A stretch of 64,000 nucleotides of DNA from Phaeosaccion multiseriatum (lineage: Eukaryota; Protista; Ochrophyta, other classes), in assembly GCA_965112735.1 (NCBI GenBank), contig OZ218956.1, positions 744,001 to 808,000 on the forward strand, given 5' to 3'. Within the stretch, counting starts at the first letter, position 1. Every line of letters starts with the position of its first letter. Below are positions 23,818 through 36,400 of the stretch, in pieces. The notes below the pieces were generated by a model. The model saw only the letters and a program-made list of their open reading frames with translations. It searched no databases and had not been told where the DNA came from. The translations under genes were made by a program, and so were the position numbers.

Positions 23818-24945
23818 CTGGCCTGCATCCTTTGCCGTTGCACAGCCTCTCCGTCTGCTGCCATCTTGAAATGGCCGTGGCCGTTGCTGCCATCTTGACT
23901 CTTGACAGGGAGGTGCAGACGCTTTGCTCTCTCAACGAGGCCGTGGCGGGGCAGTCCAAGGAGCTGTGGATGGCAGCCAAAGACGCGGGGCAGGCCCGCA
24001 GAAAGATCTGGTGAAAGAAGGGGGGCGGGCAGTCGGAGAGGGTGGGAGAGGGGGTGGGAGAGAGGGTGGGGTCTGCTCCGGCGATCCGCTTGAGCAGACG
24101 AAAGAAGGCTCTGTGCCAGGCAGTAAGGCAGTGAACGAGTGCCCTGTGCCATGCCTAACAGTGAGTGGTGCGGCTCCTCTGCCTCTCCGCCCCTCCGCCC
24201 CCCCGCCCTGTCCCCCCAGCCCCTGATAATCGATGATAAGAACACGCCCATCCCTCCGCTGCCATCCCCCCCCCCCCATCCACTGCCATCCCCCCTCCCT
24301 CCACTACCACCCCCCCCCCTCTCCTTCCTAGGGAGTGGATGGAGTACCTTGATCTTGACACAGGCAACACGTTGCACCAAAAGTGGGTGGACGTGCAAGT
24401 CACGCAGGAAGTAGAGGTGTCTGTCTTTGACGGCTTAAAAGGAAGGAGGGCGCTGGCCTGGCCCTTTAGAACAGAGGAGGTGCGTATTTGTCCTGTCTTG
24501 GATGGATGGCACTGGATGGGTGTTGGATGGTCATGGACAATCATGGTTGGTCCTGGATGGATGGTCCTGGATGGATGGTCCTGGAAGGCCGCGTTGCTTG
24601 GGCCTTTGCTTCTTGAGGGCTGCCGCTCAGCCCCGTCCGTTACAATGGCGTTCCCCCTCCCATCTCAACGCGCTCCCGCCCCTCATGTTGGCACGTTGGT
24701 GATACACGGCAGGGAGAGATGCGGAGGCGGGAGCGATAGTGCCGAGCAAGAGAGGCAAAGGAGGGTAAGAGGGGACCCAAGAGGAGGCCAATGCTAACAA
24801 TGCAAATGCGGAGGTTACGCTGGAGATTGTGGACTACTTCGAGTGGACCAAACTGAAGGACTTCCAGAGGGAAGAGGCAGAGCTGCTCGGTTAGTGGGGG
24901 GGATGGCAGTGGATGGAAGAGGAGGGGGGGTGGCAGTGGATAGGG

Positions 24946-25175
24946 TTCGACCCCTGACACACTATCCGCTATCCGCTATCGCCGGCGCCAGCCGGCGCGC
25001 TATCCGCTATCGGCAGCGTCAGCCGGCTTTGGGGGGGGGGGGTTGTTGGGGCGTGCTATCCGCCAGCCGGCGCGCTATCCGCTATCGGCCGGCGCCAGCC
25101 GGCACGCTATCCGCTATCGGCCGCGGCCGATAGCGCGCTATCGAGAATGTGGGCGATAGTGTGTCAGGGGTCGAA
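24946..25175. mobile_element. MITE, TTCGACCCCTGACAC family
   Basis: TIRs TTCGACCCCTGACACACTATC / GATAGTGTGTCAGGGGTCGAA; direct repeat TAGGG on both flanks; internal GCCGGCGCCAGCCGG and CTATCCG repeats. Confidence 0.85.
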
Positions 25176-25687
25176 TAGGGTGGGAGGGATGAAAATGGAG
25201 CGAGCGACGCTTGCTCGTTAATTCCCATCTCCAGTCATGCGCACCAAACCAAGCGAGGGAGGGAGGGAGAGAGAGAGGCAAAGGGCGGTGGCCAGCCCCC
25301 ATCGCATCCAGCGAGTCGAGCCTGACGCCCCTCATCCACAGCCATCCCCCTACCCCATCCATCCACTGCCATCTCCTGCCATCTACTGCCATTCACTACC
25401 ATCCCCGACTCACAGGCTGGTACTCGGTGGTTCATCACAGCGACTACGTACAGTCTGTGGACAGCTTCCTCATGCTGCGAGACCGGGTGCCAGGACTCGG
25501 GCTCTTCCTCGACACCAGGCAGGAGCAGTGCTCACTCCAGAGGCCCAAGGCACTCACTTCTTGGAAGGTCCTGGAGGCGGGAGGCAGGGACACAAAGGAG
25601 AGGCTGGGGCAGGCGCTCGATTGGGAGAGGTGTGGGAAGAGAACTCGCACGGCAACACCTTCTATATCAAGCAGGAGGTGCGGTGTG

Positions 25688-25896
25688 TTCGGCCCCTGAC
25701 ATGCTTCTGAGGCGACCCTGCTTCCTGCTTCTGGCCGGCGCCAGCCGGCCAGGCAGTTTCCACGTTCTGGGGGAAAAGCCATGTAATAAGCCAATGATGA
25801 GGGCCAAGGTTGCTTCCTCCTTCTGGCCGGTGCCAGCCGGCCTGCTTCCTGCTTCTGGGCTGGCCTGTCTCAGCCAGAAGCATATCAGGGGCCGAA
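25688..25896. mobile_element. MITE, TTCGGCCCCTGA family
   Basis: TIRs TTCGGCCCCTGACATGCTTCTG / CAGAAGCATATCAGGGGCCGAA, flanked by TGTG on both sides; internal GCCGGCGCCAGCCGG. Confidence 0.8.
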
Positions 25897-26096
25897 TGTG
25901 TCAAGCAGGGGGGTGGTGGGAGTGCGAGTGTAGAGGCATATGGGTGGACAGGAGTAGTGTGTGATGCATCACTGGGACCGCCCTGTGGACGCGGACGACT
26001 TTGTTGATCTCAGCACGGGGCAGTACCAGGGAAGGGGGGGGGGGATGGCAGTGGATGGCAGTGGATTGCTGCTCACCACTCACCACTCCCCACAAA

Positions 26097-26280
26097 GTCA
26101 GTCGGTTAGTATGTCAGTCAGCCAGTCAGTCAGTCAATCAGTCAGTCAGTCAGTCAGTGAGTCAGTGAGTCAGTTAGTCAGTTGCTTAGTCAGTACGTCA
26201 GTCAGTCAGTGAGTGAGTCAATCAGTAATTCATTCAGTCAATCAGTCAGTCAGTTAGTCAGTTATTCGGTCAGTCAGCCA
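26097..26280. repeat. Degenerate (TCAG)n microsatellite
   Basis: GTCAGTCA array seen directly. Confidence 0.9.
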
Positions 26281-27149
26281 CAGTGCACTCCACAGCTAGT
26301 GCTAGCCCTGCCCTGCCCTACCCCAAGTGCAAGTCGCCTCTCCTCGTATACATTTCCTGGCCTGACGTCTTCTTGCTCTCCTTTCCTCCCAACCTAGCTA
26401 GGCTCCAAGTGGATAATCGGTAGTAGAGAGAGAGAGAGAGAGAAAAGAACGCTAAGAGAGCTCACTCTCCCAAATTTCCCCCCCCTCCCTTCCACCCCAA
26501 ACTACTGTTTTAGCGAGTTTGAAAATGCGCACCGTGTTGCCCTAGTCGAGACAAGTCGAATGCCGGCATCGTTGCCTCCTGCAACCTCTATCAAGTTCGG
26601 TTCTATGGTGTGGAGGCCTAACAAACTGAAACTCCTGTTCCTTACGTAAGGGCCGTGCGGGTCTTACATATGGGTGTCAGCCCAGAGGGCCCTCCCCCCA
26701 CCCCCCCCCCTTGAAGTGCCTCTATCGCCGAGTTGAGCAGTTTTGGTTACTCGTCCCAGGTAGGGGTGGGTTAGAGTGAGTGAGCTCTCTAAAACAAAAT
26801 CCCCTACTTGTAGCTTGTCTGAGGATGCGTGCGTGTGCGCGGGTAACAGGGTGGGCAGGAGGGCTGTGTCGGTAAGGAGCCCAGAGGGCGTTGCAGAAAT
26901 TTTGGAGCCGCGAAGCCCCAAATACTGATCGAAAGGTTTCAACCAGCTATAATTCTGTCTACCGAGACGGTCACGGACGAGAATGAACCTGAGCACATGG
27001 ACAAGGAGGGCGTGTGGGGAAAGGAGCCGTCACTAAAATGCCATGCGGGGCTCTCAAACCCGGAGAAATACAAAATAAATTTACCATATTTTTACCTTTC
27101 GCGCAGAGTCCTCACACTACGAGCACTTTTTGCTTTTTTGGGGCACTTT

Positions 27150-27531
27150 TTCGACCCTGATTACTGATTACGGCCGGCGCAGCCGGCCTGATTACTGATT
27201 ATGACCGGCGCCAGCCGGGCTGATTACTGATTACAACCGGCGCCAGCCGGCCTGACGTGCTATCGACGCGCGGCGCCATTGCTTGCTTCATTCTCCGCGG
27301 GTCCGATAGCGATAGCACGCTATCGGCCGCAGGCGATAGCACATAGCACGCCGGCTGGCACCGGCGATAGCAGATAGCACGCCCTGGCGATGGCGCCGGC
27401 ATGGGGGGTTGGCAGGCCGTTCGGTAGCAAGTCAGCCAAGGCCGGCTGACGCCGGCGGTAGCAGCCAGGTAACACGCCGGCTGGCGCCGGCCCGGCGATA
27501 GCACATAGTAGATAGTACGTGAGGGGTCGAA
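27150..27531. mobile_element. Degenerate/chimeric MITE of the TCGACCC family
   Basis: Begins TTCGACCCTG and ends GGGGTCGAA; internal CTGATTACTGATTA and GCCGGCGCCAGCCGG repeats; no matching TSD. Confidence 0.6.
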
Positions 27532-27789
27532 CGTAAAGTTTTACTCCACGTGGAGTCCGAATAGTTGTACACACGGGGCCAGCACGTAAAACCGGTCACA
27601 GGTAGCGACTGCGGAGTCACAATGTTCTTTTTTTTTTGTGTGAACGATCAGCCAGTCCCACCAGGCCGTGGATAGAGGATAGAGATGAGGAGAGTCTGGC
27701 AAAAAGACTACACCCTGTTTTGGGGTTATGCGCTATGTATGGTTCATTCGCGCTTCATTGTTATTGTATGAAGATGGCCTCCCACCCAG

Positions 27790-29752
27790 TCACCTCCTTG
27801 TTGTTTGAGTCTGCAGCTGCAGCAGTAACGAAGGGTTCTTGAGCTTGACCAGGTTGTTCACATCCTGCAAACGAGCCTGCATCAGTGCTAATCGCGACTG
27901 GGGTAGGGGGGAAGGTGGGAGGGAGCAGTGTTGAGACGAGCACCTAATGACTAACCCATGACGCACTCTACTTACTAACCTTAATCGCGTTGAATCGGTA
28001 CGTAATTTGGTGCTGCACAACATCCTCTGGCGACCGTGTAAACTTCAGGGAGGCCAGCTCCACATACTTGAAATTCAAATTTTGAATCAGGTCCAGCCGT
28101 GCATTCACGTCCTGTTGCATAACAAAGACTGCCAGATGGTTGTGGGGCTCTTTGATGCAGTCGTTCAGCATGCTGGACAGGTGGTAGAGCGAAGAGAGGC
28201 AAAGTATCCTTCAAATTGGTGGTCGGGAATGGTCTTCGGGTTGGGGTTACGCAATGATTGGGTATTTGATGGGCATGATTGGGCGGGTTAGGGTAAGCTT
28301 GGGTGCTATGGACGTCTCAACTCAGAGTCTAATCACATCTGCTCTCTCTCTCACGTACCGAATAATGACGTTGGCCCAATCGGCGTACTCCACCATGAGT
28401 TTTTGCTCCTCTTGCATGTCATGGAAGCCCGCCTCGTTGATGACATGTGTGTACGAGTAAAAGAGATCTGCCTCGCTGGACAGCTCCACCCGAATGCTTT
28501 GAGGAGCGTCGTCGTCGCCAAGAATGAGAATCTTGACCTTTATAGCCTCGAGTGTTCCCACCTGTTGTGGGCTATCACCAGTCTCCTGCGGGCGAGTGAG
28601 AGGGGGCAAACACACCCACACCTTTAAAGGGGGGGAGGAGGGCGGGGGGGGGGGTTGCAGGCGAGTACAGTACCTGCACTCGAAGCTCGAAAGGCACCTC
28701 CCGGTCGTAGATGACCCGGAAACCGTCAGCGATGCTGAGAGAAACCGACGAGAAGCGGACGGGCGGACGGGCGGGCGGGCAGGGGGTGGAGGAGGTGAGG
28801 ACAGACAAGAGAACAAGCAGCTCACTTGTGCTCTAGTGTCCTGCCACTTGCTCTCTAGTGTCCTGACACCCCCTCTGTCCTGACATCTGACACTCCCCAT
28901 CTATCTGCCCTGCCACCCCGCCTCTGTCCTGCCACCCCCCCTCTGTCCTGACACTCCCCATTGACACCTCCCTGTCCTGATATCCCCCATCTCTCTGTCC
29001 TGCGGCTCCCTCTGTCCTTCAAAAGGGATGGTTATGCAGAGCCGTACTGGTACGATTGCTCGTCTCCATAACGCCTCCCCCGCGTCGAAGCCCCACCATC
29101 GAACACTTCCCTCTCGCCCTCTCCCACCCACCGCCCACTCCCCACGTAGCGAGGGTGCAAGAGGATCACAAACTTGCACTACACGCTCCTTCTCCTCCAC
29201 ACCCCTCTGTACCTCCCTTTTCTCCAGACCCTTCTACTGCTGTTGCCGATTGTTTGTACCACATGACCCCCCCCTCTAAGCCCACAGAGTACAGTATCCT
29301 CTGCACGGAACCAAACAGTGTCTCCGGGGTGTCGCCTCCCTTATTGAGCGTAGCTTGGCCCAACAATTACTCCTGCGTTCGACCGTTAAGATAAAGACCT
29401 ATCACGCAGTGGCAACTCCCGAACAGACCACTCTTCCTTCCCCTGCGCTGCTGCTCCCGAACTGCTCGTACCACATGCCCCCCCCCCCCTTATTCCAAGG
29501 AGCACAGTGTCCTAAATTGAAGGTAGCCATGTATGCTGCTCCGTCCGATCGTAAAGACCAGCCAAGTTGTGAGGGGCAGTGGGTTTGGAAAGCTCTGGAC
29601 AATTTGCAGTGGGTTTCTAGCTCAAATACCACGACAAGACCTGAACACAAAAATGCACTGCTTCCTCCGCCGTACCTTGGGTCCATTTCCTCAATGGCTG
29701 AAAAGTCAAACGTTTGCATCAGGTCAAAGTCCGCAGTCCCCAGGGTCGCCAT
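27790..29752 (-). CDS. SAS-6-like protein (SAS6L): SAS-6 head domain plus short coiled coil
   Basis: IYDREVPFELR, IRVELSSEADLFYSYTHVINEAGFHDMQEEQKLMVEY, MLNDCIKEP, LDLIQNLNFKYVEL.SLKF and LQDVNNLVKLKNPSLLLQLQ; 5 exons; first intron 29675-28735. Confidence 0.8.
28830..29015. repeat. Intronic imperfect tandem repeat (CTCTGTCCTGACAC-like unit)
   Basis: About 8 imperfect copies visible within SAS6L intron 1. Confidence 0.7.
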
Positions 29753-29962
29753 CTTGTTCGCCTGGGAGAGACACAAGTCTACACATGAGCCGTGCTGCTC
29801 TGGATAGTGAGCAGAGTCCAGTGCAAAGCCCCCGTAGTAAAAGAAACGCAAAAGCCCCACCTTGGTGTCCCAGCGAAGACCGCCCTGGTTTCTCTCCCTG
29901 CTCGGGTCCTTTCTCCCTCTCTTCTCCTCCTCCTCCCTTCTCTCCCCTTCTCTCCCCCTCTC

Positions 29963-29964
<2 letters not shown>

Positions 29965-30027
<63 letters not shown>

Positions 30028-30052
30028 TGGTGTGTGTGGTGTGTGTGTGTGT
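29965..30052. repeat. (CT)n(GT)n compound microsatellite in the SAS6L/RFC3 intergenic region
   Basis: Seen directly. Confidence 0.9.
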
Positions 30053-30234
30053 ATGTCTATGTTTGTTTTTATTATCGGCATTGATACGTCTCGCAACCGC
30101 CCGGTTCGCAGTTTCAGCTCCGCCGAAAAAAAAATTATGGCAACGATTTTCAAAATCCTCCTTCCCTCTCCTCCCCCTTTTTTTATATCTCTCTCTCTGC
30201 TCACGCTCTCTCTCGCCTCGGCCTCAGTCTGATC

Positions 30235-31675
30235 ATGCTTTGGGTCGACAAACACCGCCCCAACACATTGGATAAGCTGGACATTAATGATCCCTTGACA
30301 CAGGTGCGTGATATATACCCCTCTCTGCTTTACTTTTCCCCCTTCTCTTCTCTTCCCTGCTGTGCCTGCTACTTACCTTTTCTCGCCTCTTCCCTCCATC
30401 CCCCACGTCTTCCCTGCATCCAGCACGTCTTCCCTCTATCCTCCGCGTCTTCTTTCCCTCTCCCCCACACCTTAAAGGTTGATCCCCCGCTCCCTGCCCC
30501 CTCCCCCCTCTCCTTTCGTCTTTCTACTTGCAGCGCCTTCGCTCGATCAGTGCTGATGGAGAGATTCCTCACCTCTTGTTCTACGGACCCTCTGGGGCTG
30601 GCAAGAAGACGAGGGTCCAAGCGCTATTGAGAGAGATTTATGGCAGCGGTGTTGAGAGAGTGCGGCTCGAGCATCGCTCTTTCAAGACGCCCTCAAACAA
30701 GCCGCTGGAGGTGACGACGGTGGCGAGCAACTATCACATTGAGCTCTCGCCCGGAGATGCTGGAGGGATATACGACCGCTACGTCGTACAAGAGGTGGTG
30801 AAGCAAATCGCTCAGAGCCAGAATTTGACGTCGGGAATCGCTGAAGGAGGGGGAGGTGGGGGGGGAGAGGGCGGGGCCAGCAGCATGAGGAAGAAGCGCC
30901 CCACGTTCGTGGTGGTGGTCATCATGGGGGCAGATCAGCTCACAAAGCAGGCACAGGCTGCACTCCGTCGAACCATGGAAAAGTTCACGTCGTCCTGCCG
31001 CCTCATTCTTTGCTGCAACTCGGCGAGCAAGATTATTGATCCCGTGCGCTCCCGCTGTCTAGCCCTGCGAGTTCCCGCCCCCACACACGCGGAGATTGAA
31101 ACGGTGATGCGCAAAGTGAGCAAGAAGGAAGGCGGGGGACAACAATTGCCGCAGGAGGTCGCTGCGCGTATTTCCCACCTCTCTGCGCGGAATCTACGCA
31201 AGGCGCTGCTCATGCTGGAGACTGCCCACGTGCAATGCGGAAGCACTCCCCAGGTGAGCCCAGTCCATCCCTTCTGTCCGGGATGCCCAAGGTTGACAGA
31301 GCTATTTTACATACTAAATCTCCCTCCTCCCTTGGTCAGGCGGAGCAGAAAATACCACTCACGGACTGGGAGCTGTACACCGCGTCCATAGCCAAGGACA
31401 TTCTGCGGGACCAGTCTCCCCAGAAGCTGCTTGTCGTCCGGGAGAAGCTGTACGAGCTGCTGGTCAACTGCATCCCCGCGGATGTCATCCTGCGCACCCT
31501 CACCGCGGAGCTGTTCAAGATGATCGACGACGACGTGAAGCACCAAGTGGCGCACTGGGCCGCCTTTTACGAGGTGCGCCTGCATCAAGGAAGCAAGCAC
31601 ATATTCCACCTCGAGGCGTTTGTGGCGCGGGTTATGGGCTGCTACCGACAGTACAATCTTGACCTGTTTTGCTAA
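30235..31675 (+). CDS. RFC3: Replication factor C subunit 3 (yeast Rfc5 type)
   Basis: MLWVDKHRP, PHLLFYGPSGAGKKTR, SNYHIELSP.D, AQAALRRTMEK, IIDPVRSRC, LYELLVNCIP and IFHLEAFVA; introns at 30304-30533 and 31254-31340. Confidence 0.93.
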
Positions 31676-31700
31676 TATGTACAGTGTTTTTTTACTTCAC

Positions 31701-33095
31701 TTAGTAGGTGAGCGGAAGTTGGCTCACCCTTCGGTTGTACTGCTTGGGGATACTCAGGTACGGCCGATCGTCCTTCTCAAAGTCGAAGGCCTTATCGCTG
31801 GGTGTCCAGTGTGTATCGCCAGTGATCTTGCTGGCAAGGTCGTGGTCCACAATGTATCGTTCTACGGAGGCCCCAACCATGGCTTCCACACTCTTGCCCT
31901 CTTTCAACAGCTCCCGCACTACGCGAGACGAAATCTTCTCCGTCGATGCGTCGAGAATGGCCGCGTCCTCAATAACGTACCCAATGTCACGAAACCTGCC
32001 CCGTAATTCCTTCACCATTTTGTCGCAGTCGAGCGGACGGCACACCGTTACCACGCCAAAGCCGTCCTGCCGCAAGAGTTGTGGGTTGAGATGCACCACC
32101 TGGGAAGCCTCGCAGAGATACAGGATGCGCACCCCGCCGCTGTGCTCAGGGAAAGCTTCCTGAAAGGAGGCCTTGACGTGCTCTAGTACGCTCATGTAGT
32201 CCATAATCCTCCGTCTGGTAATCTCCCACGGATCGACAGTCAGCCAGCTGGACTCGCCCACCGCCTTGCGCACCATGGCGAGGCGATGTTTGGGAGGAAT
32301 CACTTCGCTGGGCCGCGAGCGGTGCCGCTGCCGAACGAGCGTGGGGTGCGAGGGAGAAACGACCCCGCCCACCACCTGCATCCCGCATTCCTCGAGAAAG
32401 TGCTTGGCAGTGTAGAAAAATCGAAGGTGGAGCTTGTGCACAGGATTGAACGTGCCCGAGCCCACCAGCAACACTTTGTCGCGGTCGGGCTCGCATTTGG
32501 TCAGGATCTTGGCCACCTTGCCCCAGATTTTGTCCACGTTAAAAGGTGCCAGAGACGGCAGGCACCGCGCTTTGGTGGTGGTGCAAGACTCCTCCTCCTT
32601 CCCCACCAACTCCTCCTTCTTGCTGCTGCTGCTGCTGCTGGTGGTGGTACGGAAGCGCGCCAGTAGCTCCGTCACACCCACACGAAACTCCAAGACTGTA
32701 TCCGCCCGGTTTCCCTCCCTCTCGTACGCCTGTAGCAGGGCGTACATTCGTCGGTTCTCCGCCGCCAAGAGCATCCGAACCCTTTTCCCCTCCCTCTCCC
32801 CCAGCACCCCGTCGCTAACTAGGCGGTCCACTGTCTCCCCAGCGGTGAAGCAAAGCTTTCCGTCCGCGTCGTACGGATTCCGTCGAGCGCAGCCCGGGTC
32901 GAAGACACTGCTTCGATAGCTCTTCCTTCCCAGCCGGGGCAGCAGCAATCGAGCCCCATCCTCCTCCCCCTCCCTCGGAAGGACACCAGGACTGGGAAGA
33001 CTCCTCTTTCGAGAAGAGACCCTTCGGAGATGAGGCACGCTCACACTCGACGCCAACTGCTGCGGCGGCTGCTGCTGCTGCCTCCTCTTTTGCAT
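31701..33095 (-). CDS. Nicotinamide/nicotinate-mononucleotide adenylyltransferase-like protein with N-terminal extension
   Basis: LLVGSGTFNPVHKLH, VVGGVVSP, HRLAMVR.AV..SSWLTVDPWE, ISSRVVRE and V..SVERYI..H.L; single-exon ORF. Confidence 0.75.
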   Translation of the reverse strand: MQKRRQQQQPPQQLASSVSVPHLRRVSSRKRSLPSPGVLPREGEEDGARLLLPRLGRKSYRSSVFDPGCARRNPYDADGKLCFTAGETVDRLVSDGVLGEREGKRVRMLLAAENRRMYALLQAYEREGNRADTVLEFRVGVTELLARFRTTTSSSSSSKKEELVGKEEESCTTTKARCLPSLAPFNVDKIWGKVAKILTKCEPDRDKVLLVGSGTFNPVHKLHLRFFYTAKHFLEECGMQVVGGVVSPSHPTLVRQRHRSRPSEVIPPKHRLAMVRKAVGESSWLTVDPWEITRRRIMDYMSVLEHVKASFQEAFPEHSGGVRILYLCEASQVVHLNPQLLRQDGFGVVTVCRPLDCDKMVKELRGRFRDIGYVIEDAAILDASTEKISSRVVRELLKEGKSVEAMVGASVERYIVDHDLASKITGDTHWTPSDKAFDFEKDDRPYLSIPKQYNRRVSQLPLTY

Positions 33096-33264
33096 TGTTT
33101 GTGCTTGAGTCTTTTCTAATGTAAGAAGAAAAAAAGCTGGGGGGAAACCGGCGAACGTGTCAAAACAAAGCGTCTTGCTTTGGATTGTTAAAAGCCCAAT
33201 GATCTCAATTGCTCAATTGGAAAGAAAAAGTAATAAGGCAATGAGGGTTTATGCTCGATTATGC

Positions 33265-33314
33265 TGGTTCCTGCTTCTGGGCTGGCCTGTCTCAGAAGCA
33301 TGTCAGGGGCCGAA
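33265..33314. mobile_element. Solo terminal fragment of the TTCGGCCCCTGA MITE family
   Basis: TTCCTGCTTCTGGGCTGGCCTGTCTCAGAAGCATGTCAGGGGCCGAA closely matches 25846-25896. Confidence 0.75.
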
Positions 33315-33402
33315 TCGGAGCCCCCCTCCCCCCCTTCTTTGTGTATCTCAGAATTCCAAGGAAATTTGCGACACACCCAAGCTGGGGCAACTCTCCCCAT
33401 TC

Positions 33403-36400
33403 TCAGCCACTAAATTGGGCGGCCTCCAAACTGCAGCTGCGGAGCCGGGCGCCCGTGACAACAAAGCTGCCCTCCGATGTTGCATCCTCAATACCGAATG
33501 CGACGGGGAGGGAAACGTCGTCAACGATCGCGCTAAGGTCGCAAATCGTAGGGCCCGTGGTGTCAACAGCACACGGCTGCCTGCCAATGGCGGTATAGTC
33601 GCCCCCATTTTGTTGCATGTACACTTCCACCTCCCGCTCTTCGCCTGCATCCACGGCTGCAATTTGAAAAGAGAGACTGTACACCCGCCCCGCAACGGGG
33701 ATGGCCAAGGCTTGGAACAGCTGCATGTGCCAATCCTCCGGTGCCGCCGTCTGGACATTGTACAAGGCTCCGCTGTCCACGCCAGTGATGCTGCCGACGA
33801 GGGTGGTTCCCTCCGTATTGACGTACGCGTCCCAAGCATCCAGGCCAGCGTCGAAGCCTTCGTTGGTGAAAAGTTCCGCACCATCGGGGCAGTTCAGGGG
33901 GCCACTGATGGGGGCAGTGGTGATCACCGCCTCAGGGGCTAGGGGAAACAGTAGTGGGTGTGGGGGGGGTGGAGGAGATTGATTTCAAAGTGAACACGAA
34001 AAAGGGATATGCAAGGGAAAAACAAGAGAGGAGAGAGGACGAGAGATGCACATATGGGGGGCGTACCTAGGGTAGTAGGCGCTAAAGAGGGGAAAGCGGT
34101 TCCCTCCGCAGAAGGGGCTGGGGTAACAGACATCGGCGCCGGGGTGGCAGCAGACGGCGGTGGCCCACACAGCGCGGCCCCCGTGAGAGTGTACCTTCCC
34201 CCGTCCGGTCTTGCGTCCTCGTGCTGAAAGCCAAACTTGACGGGGAAGGTGAGGTCGTTGATGACAGCGGAGACGGTGCACACCGTGGTCGAGCCGAAGC
34301 CTCCGGGCTCACCAACGGAGCACCTCGTCCTCCCGAAGAAGGGATAGTTGCCTCCGTTCTGCTGGATGATCGAATCCCCGGCACCTCCCTCCCCATCCTC
34401 GGCAGTCATGACAAACGTCAGAGTGTACCTCTGCCCTACAACGGGCACGGGGATGATCTGATTGATTTGCATGTGCCAATCCGCTTGGCCAGAAGACTCG
34501 ATATCGAACAAGGCTCCGCTGCCAGCGTCGGTGATGCTCCCCACGAGGGAGGTATCGGTTTCCTTGATGAAGGTACCCCAAGGCTCCAGGCCGCCGTCGA
34601 AGCCTGGGTTGGTGAAAAGGTTGACGGTACCAGCGGGACACGTCGGGACAGGCGGGCCAGGCGCGCCAATAGGTGCTGGGGTTGGGGTTGCTGCTGGTGC
34701 GACACACGTCGCGCCCCCCACAATGAGGAAGCTGCCCTCTCTTTCGCCACCTTCGATGCCGAACTTGACAGGGGTGGTAATATCGTCGATGACTGCGGTC
34801 ACGCTGCACGTCGTGGTCGTGGGACCCGCGCCACCAACGGCACACGCCTCCCTGCCAAAGAATGTCCATGGGGCGCCGTTCTGTTGAATATATGCAATCG
34901 CCTCGCCTCCGTCGTCATCCACAGCTTCGAGATCAAACGTCAAAGTGTACGTATCTCCTGCGACGGGGATATCAAACGTCTGATAAATTTGCATGTGCCA
35001 TGCCTCTTCTCCAGCGGTATCAACATCGAACAAAGCTCCGTCGTCCGCGCTTGTGATGCTGCCCTCGAGGGTGGTCCCGGTTGCCTTGACGAACCATGAC
35101 CAACCGGCCAGGCCGGTAGTGAAGCCCGGGTTGAGGAAAAGGTTCCCGTCGCTACTACCATCCACGCACGTCGAGGAGCCCGTGGCCGGGGCAGTGGTGA
35201 TCACCGCCTCAGGGGCTAGGGGAAACAGTAGTGGGTGTGGGGGGTGTGGAGGAGATTGATTTCAAAGTGAACACGAAAAAGGGATATGCAAGGGAAAAAC
35301 AAGAGAGGAGAGAGGACGAGAGATGCACATATGGGGGCCGTACCTAGGGTAGTAGGCGCTAAAGAGGGGAAAGCGGTTCCCTCCGCAGAAGGGGCTGGGG
35401 TAACAGACATCGGCGCCGGGGTGGCAGCAGACGGCGGTGGCCCACACAGCGCGGCCCCCGTGAGAGTGTACCTTCCCCCGTCCGGTCTTGCGTCCTCGTG
35501 CTGAAAGCCAAACTTGACGGGGAAGGTGAGGTCGTTGATGACAGCGGAGACGGTGCACACCGTGGTCGAGCCGAAGCCTCCGGGCTCACCAACGGAGCAC
35601 CTCGTCCTCCCGAAGAAGGGATAGTTGCCTCCGTTCTGCTGGATGATCGAATCCCCGGCACCTCCCTCCCCATCCTCGGCAGTCATGACAAACGTCAGAG
35701 TGTACCTCTGCCCTGCGACGGGCACCGGGATGATCTGACTGATTTGCATGTGCCAATCCGCTTGGCCAGAAGACTCGATATCGAACAAGGCTCCGCTGCC
35801 AGCGTCGGTGATGCTCCCCACGAGGGAGGTATCGGTTTCCTTAATGAAGGTACCCCAAGGCTCCAGGCCGCCGTCGAAGCCTGGGTTGGTGAAAAGGTTG
35901 ACGGTACCAGCGGGACACGTCGGGACGGGCGGGCCAGCCGGTACAGGGGGCGGGGTTGCTGCTGGTGCCAAACACGTCGCGCCCCCCGTAATGAGGAAGA
36001 GACCCTCTTCTCCTCCACCTTCAATGCCGAACTTGACAGGAGCGGTAATATCATCGATGACTGCAGTCACGCTGCACGTCGTGACCGTACCCTCACCACC
36101 CACGGCGCACGCCTCCCTGCCAAAGAAGGTGTATGGGGAGGCGGTTTGCTGAATGAATAAAATGGCCTCCCCTCCGTCGTCATCTACAGCTTCGAGATCA
36201 AAAGTCAACGTGTACGTCTCTCCTGCGACGGGGATGTCAAACGCCTGGAAGATTTGCATGTGCCACGCCTCTTCTCCAGCGGTATCAACAGCGAATAAGG
36301 CTCCACCACTTCCCGCAATGCTGGTGATGCTGCCCTCGAGGGTGGTTCCAGCCGTCTTGACGAACGTCGACCAACTGGCCAAGTCGTCATTGAAGCCCGG

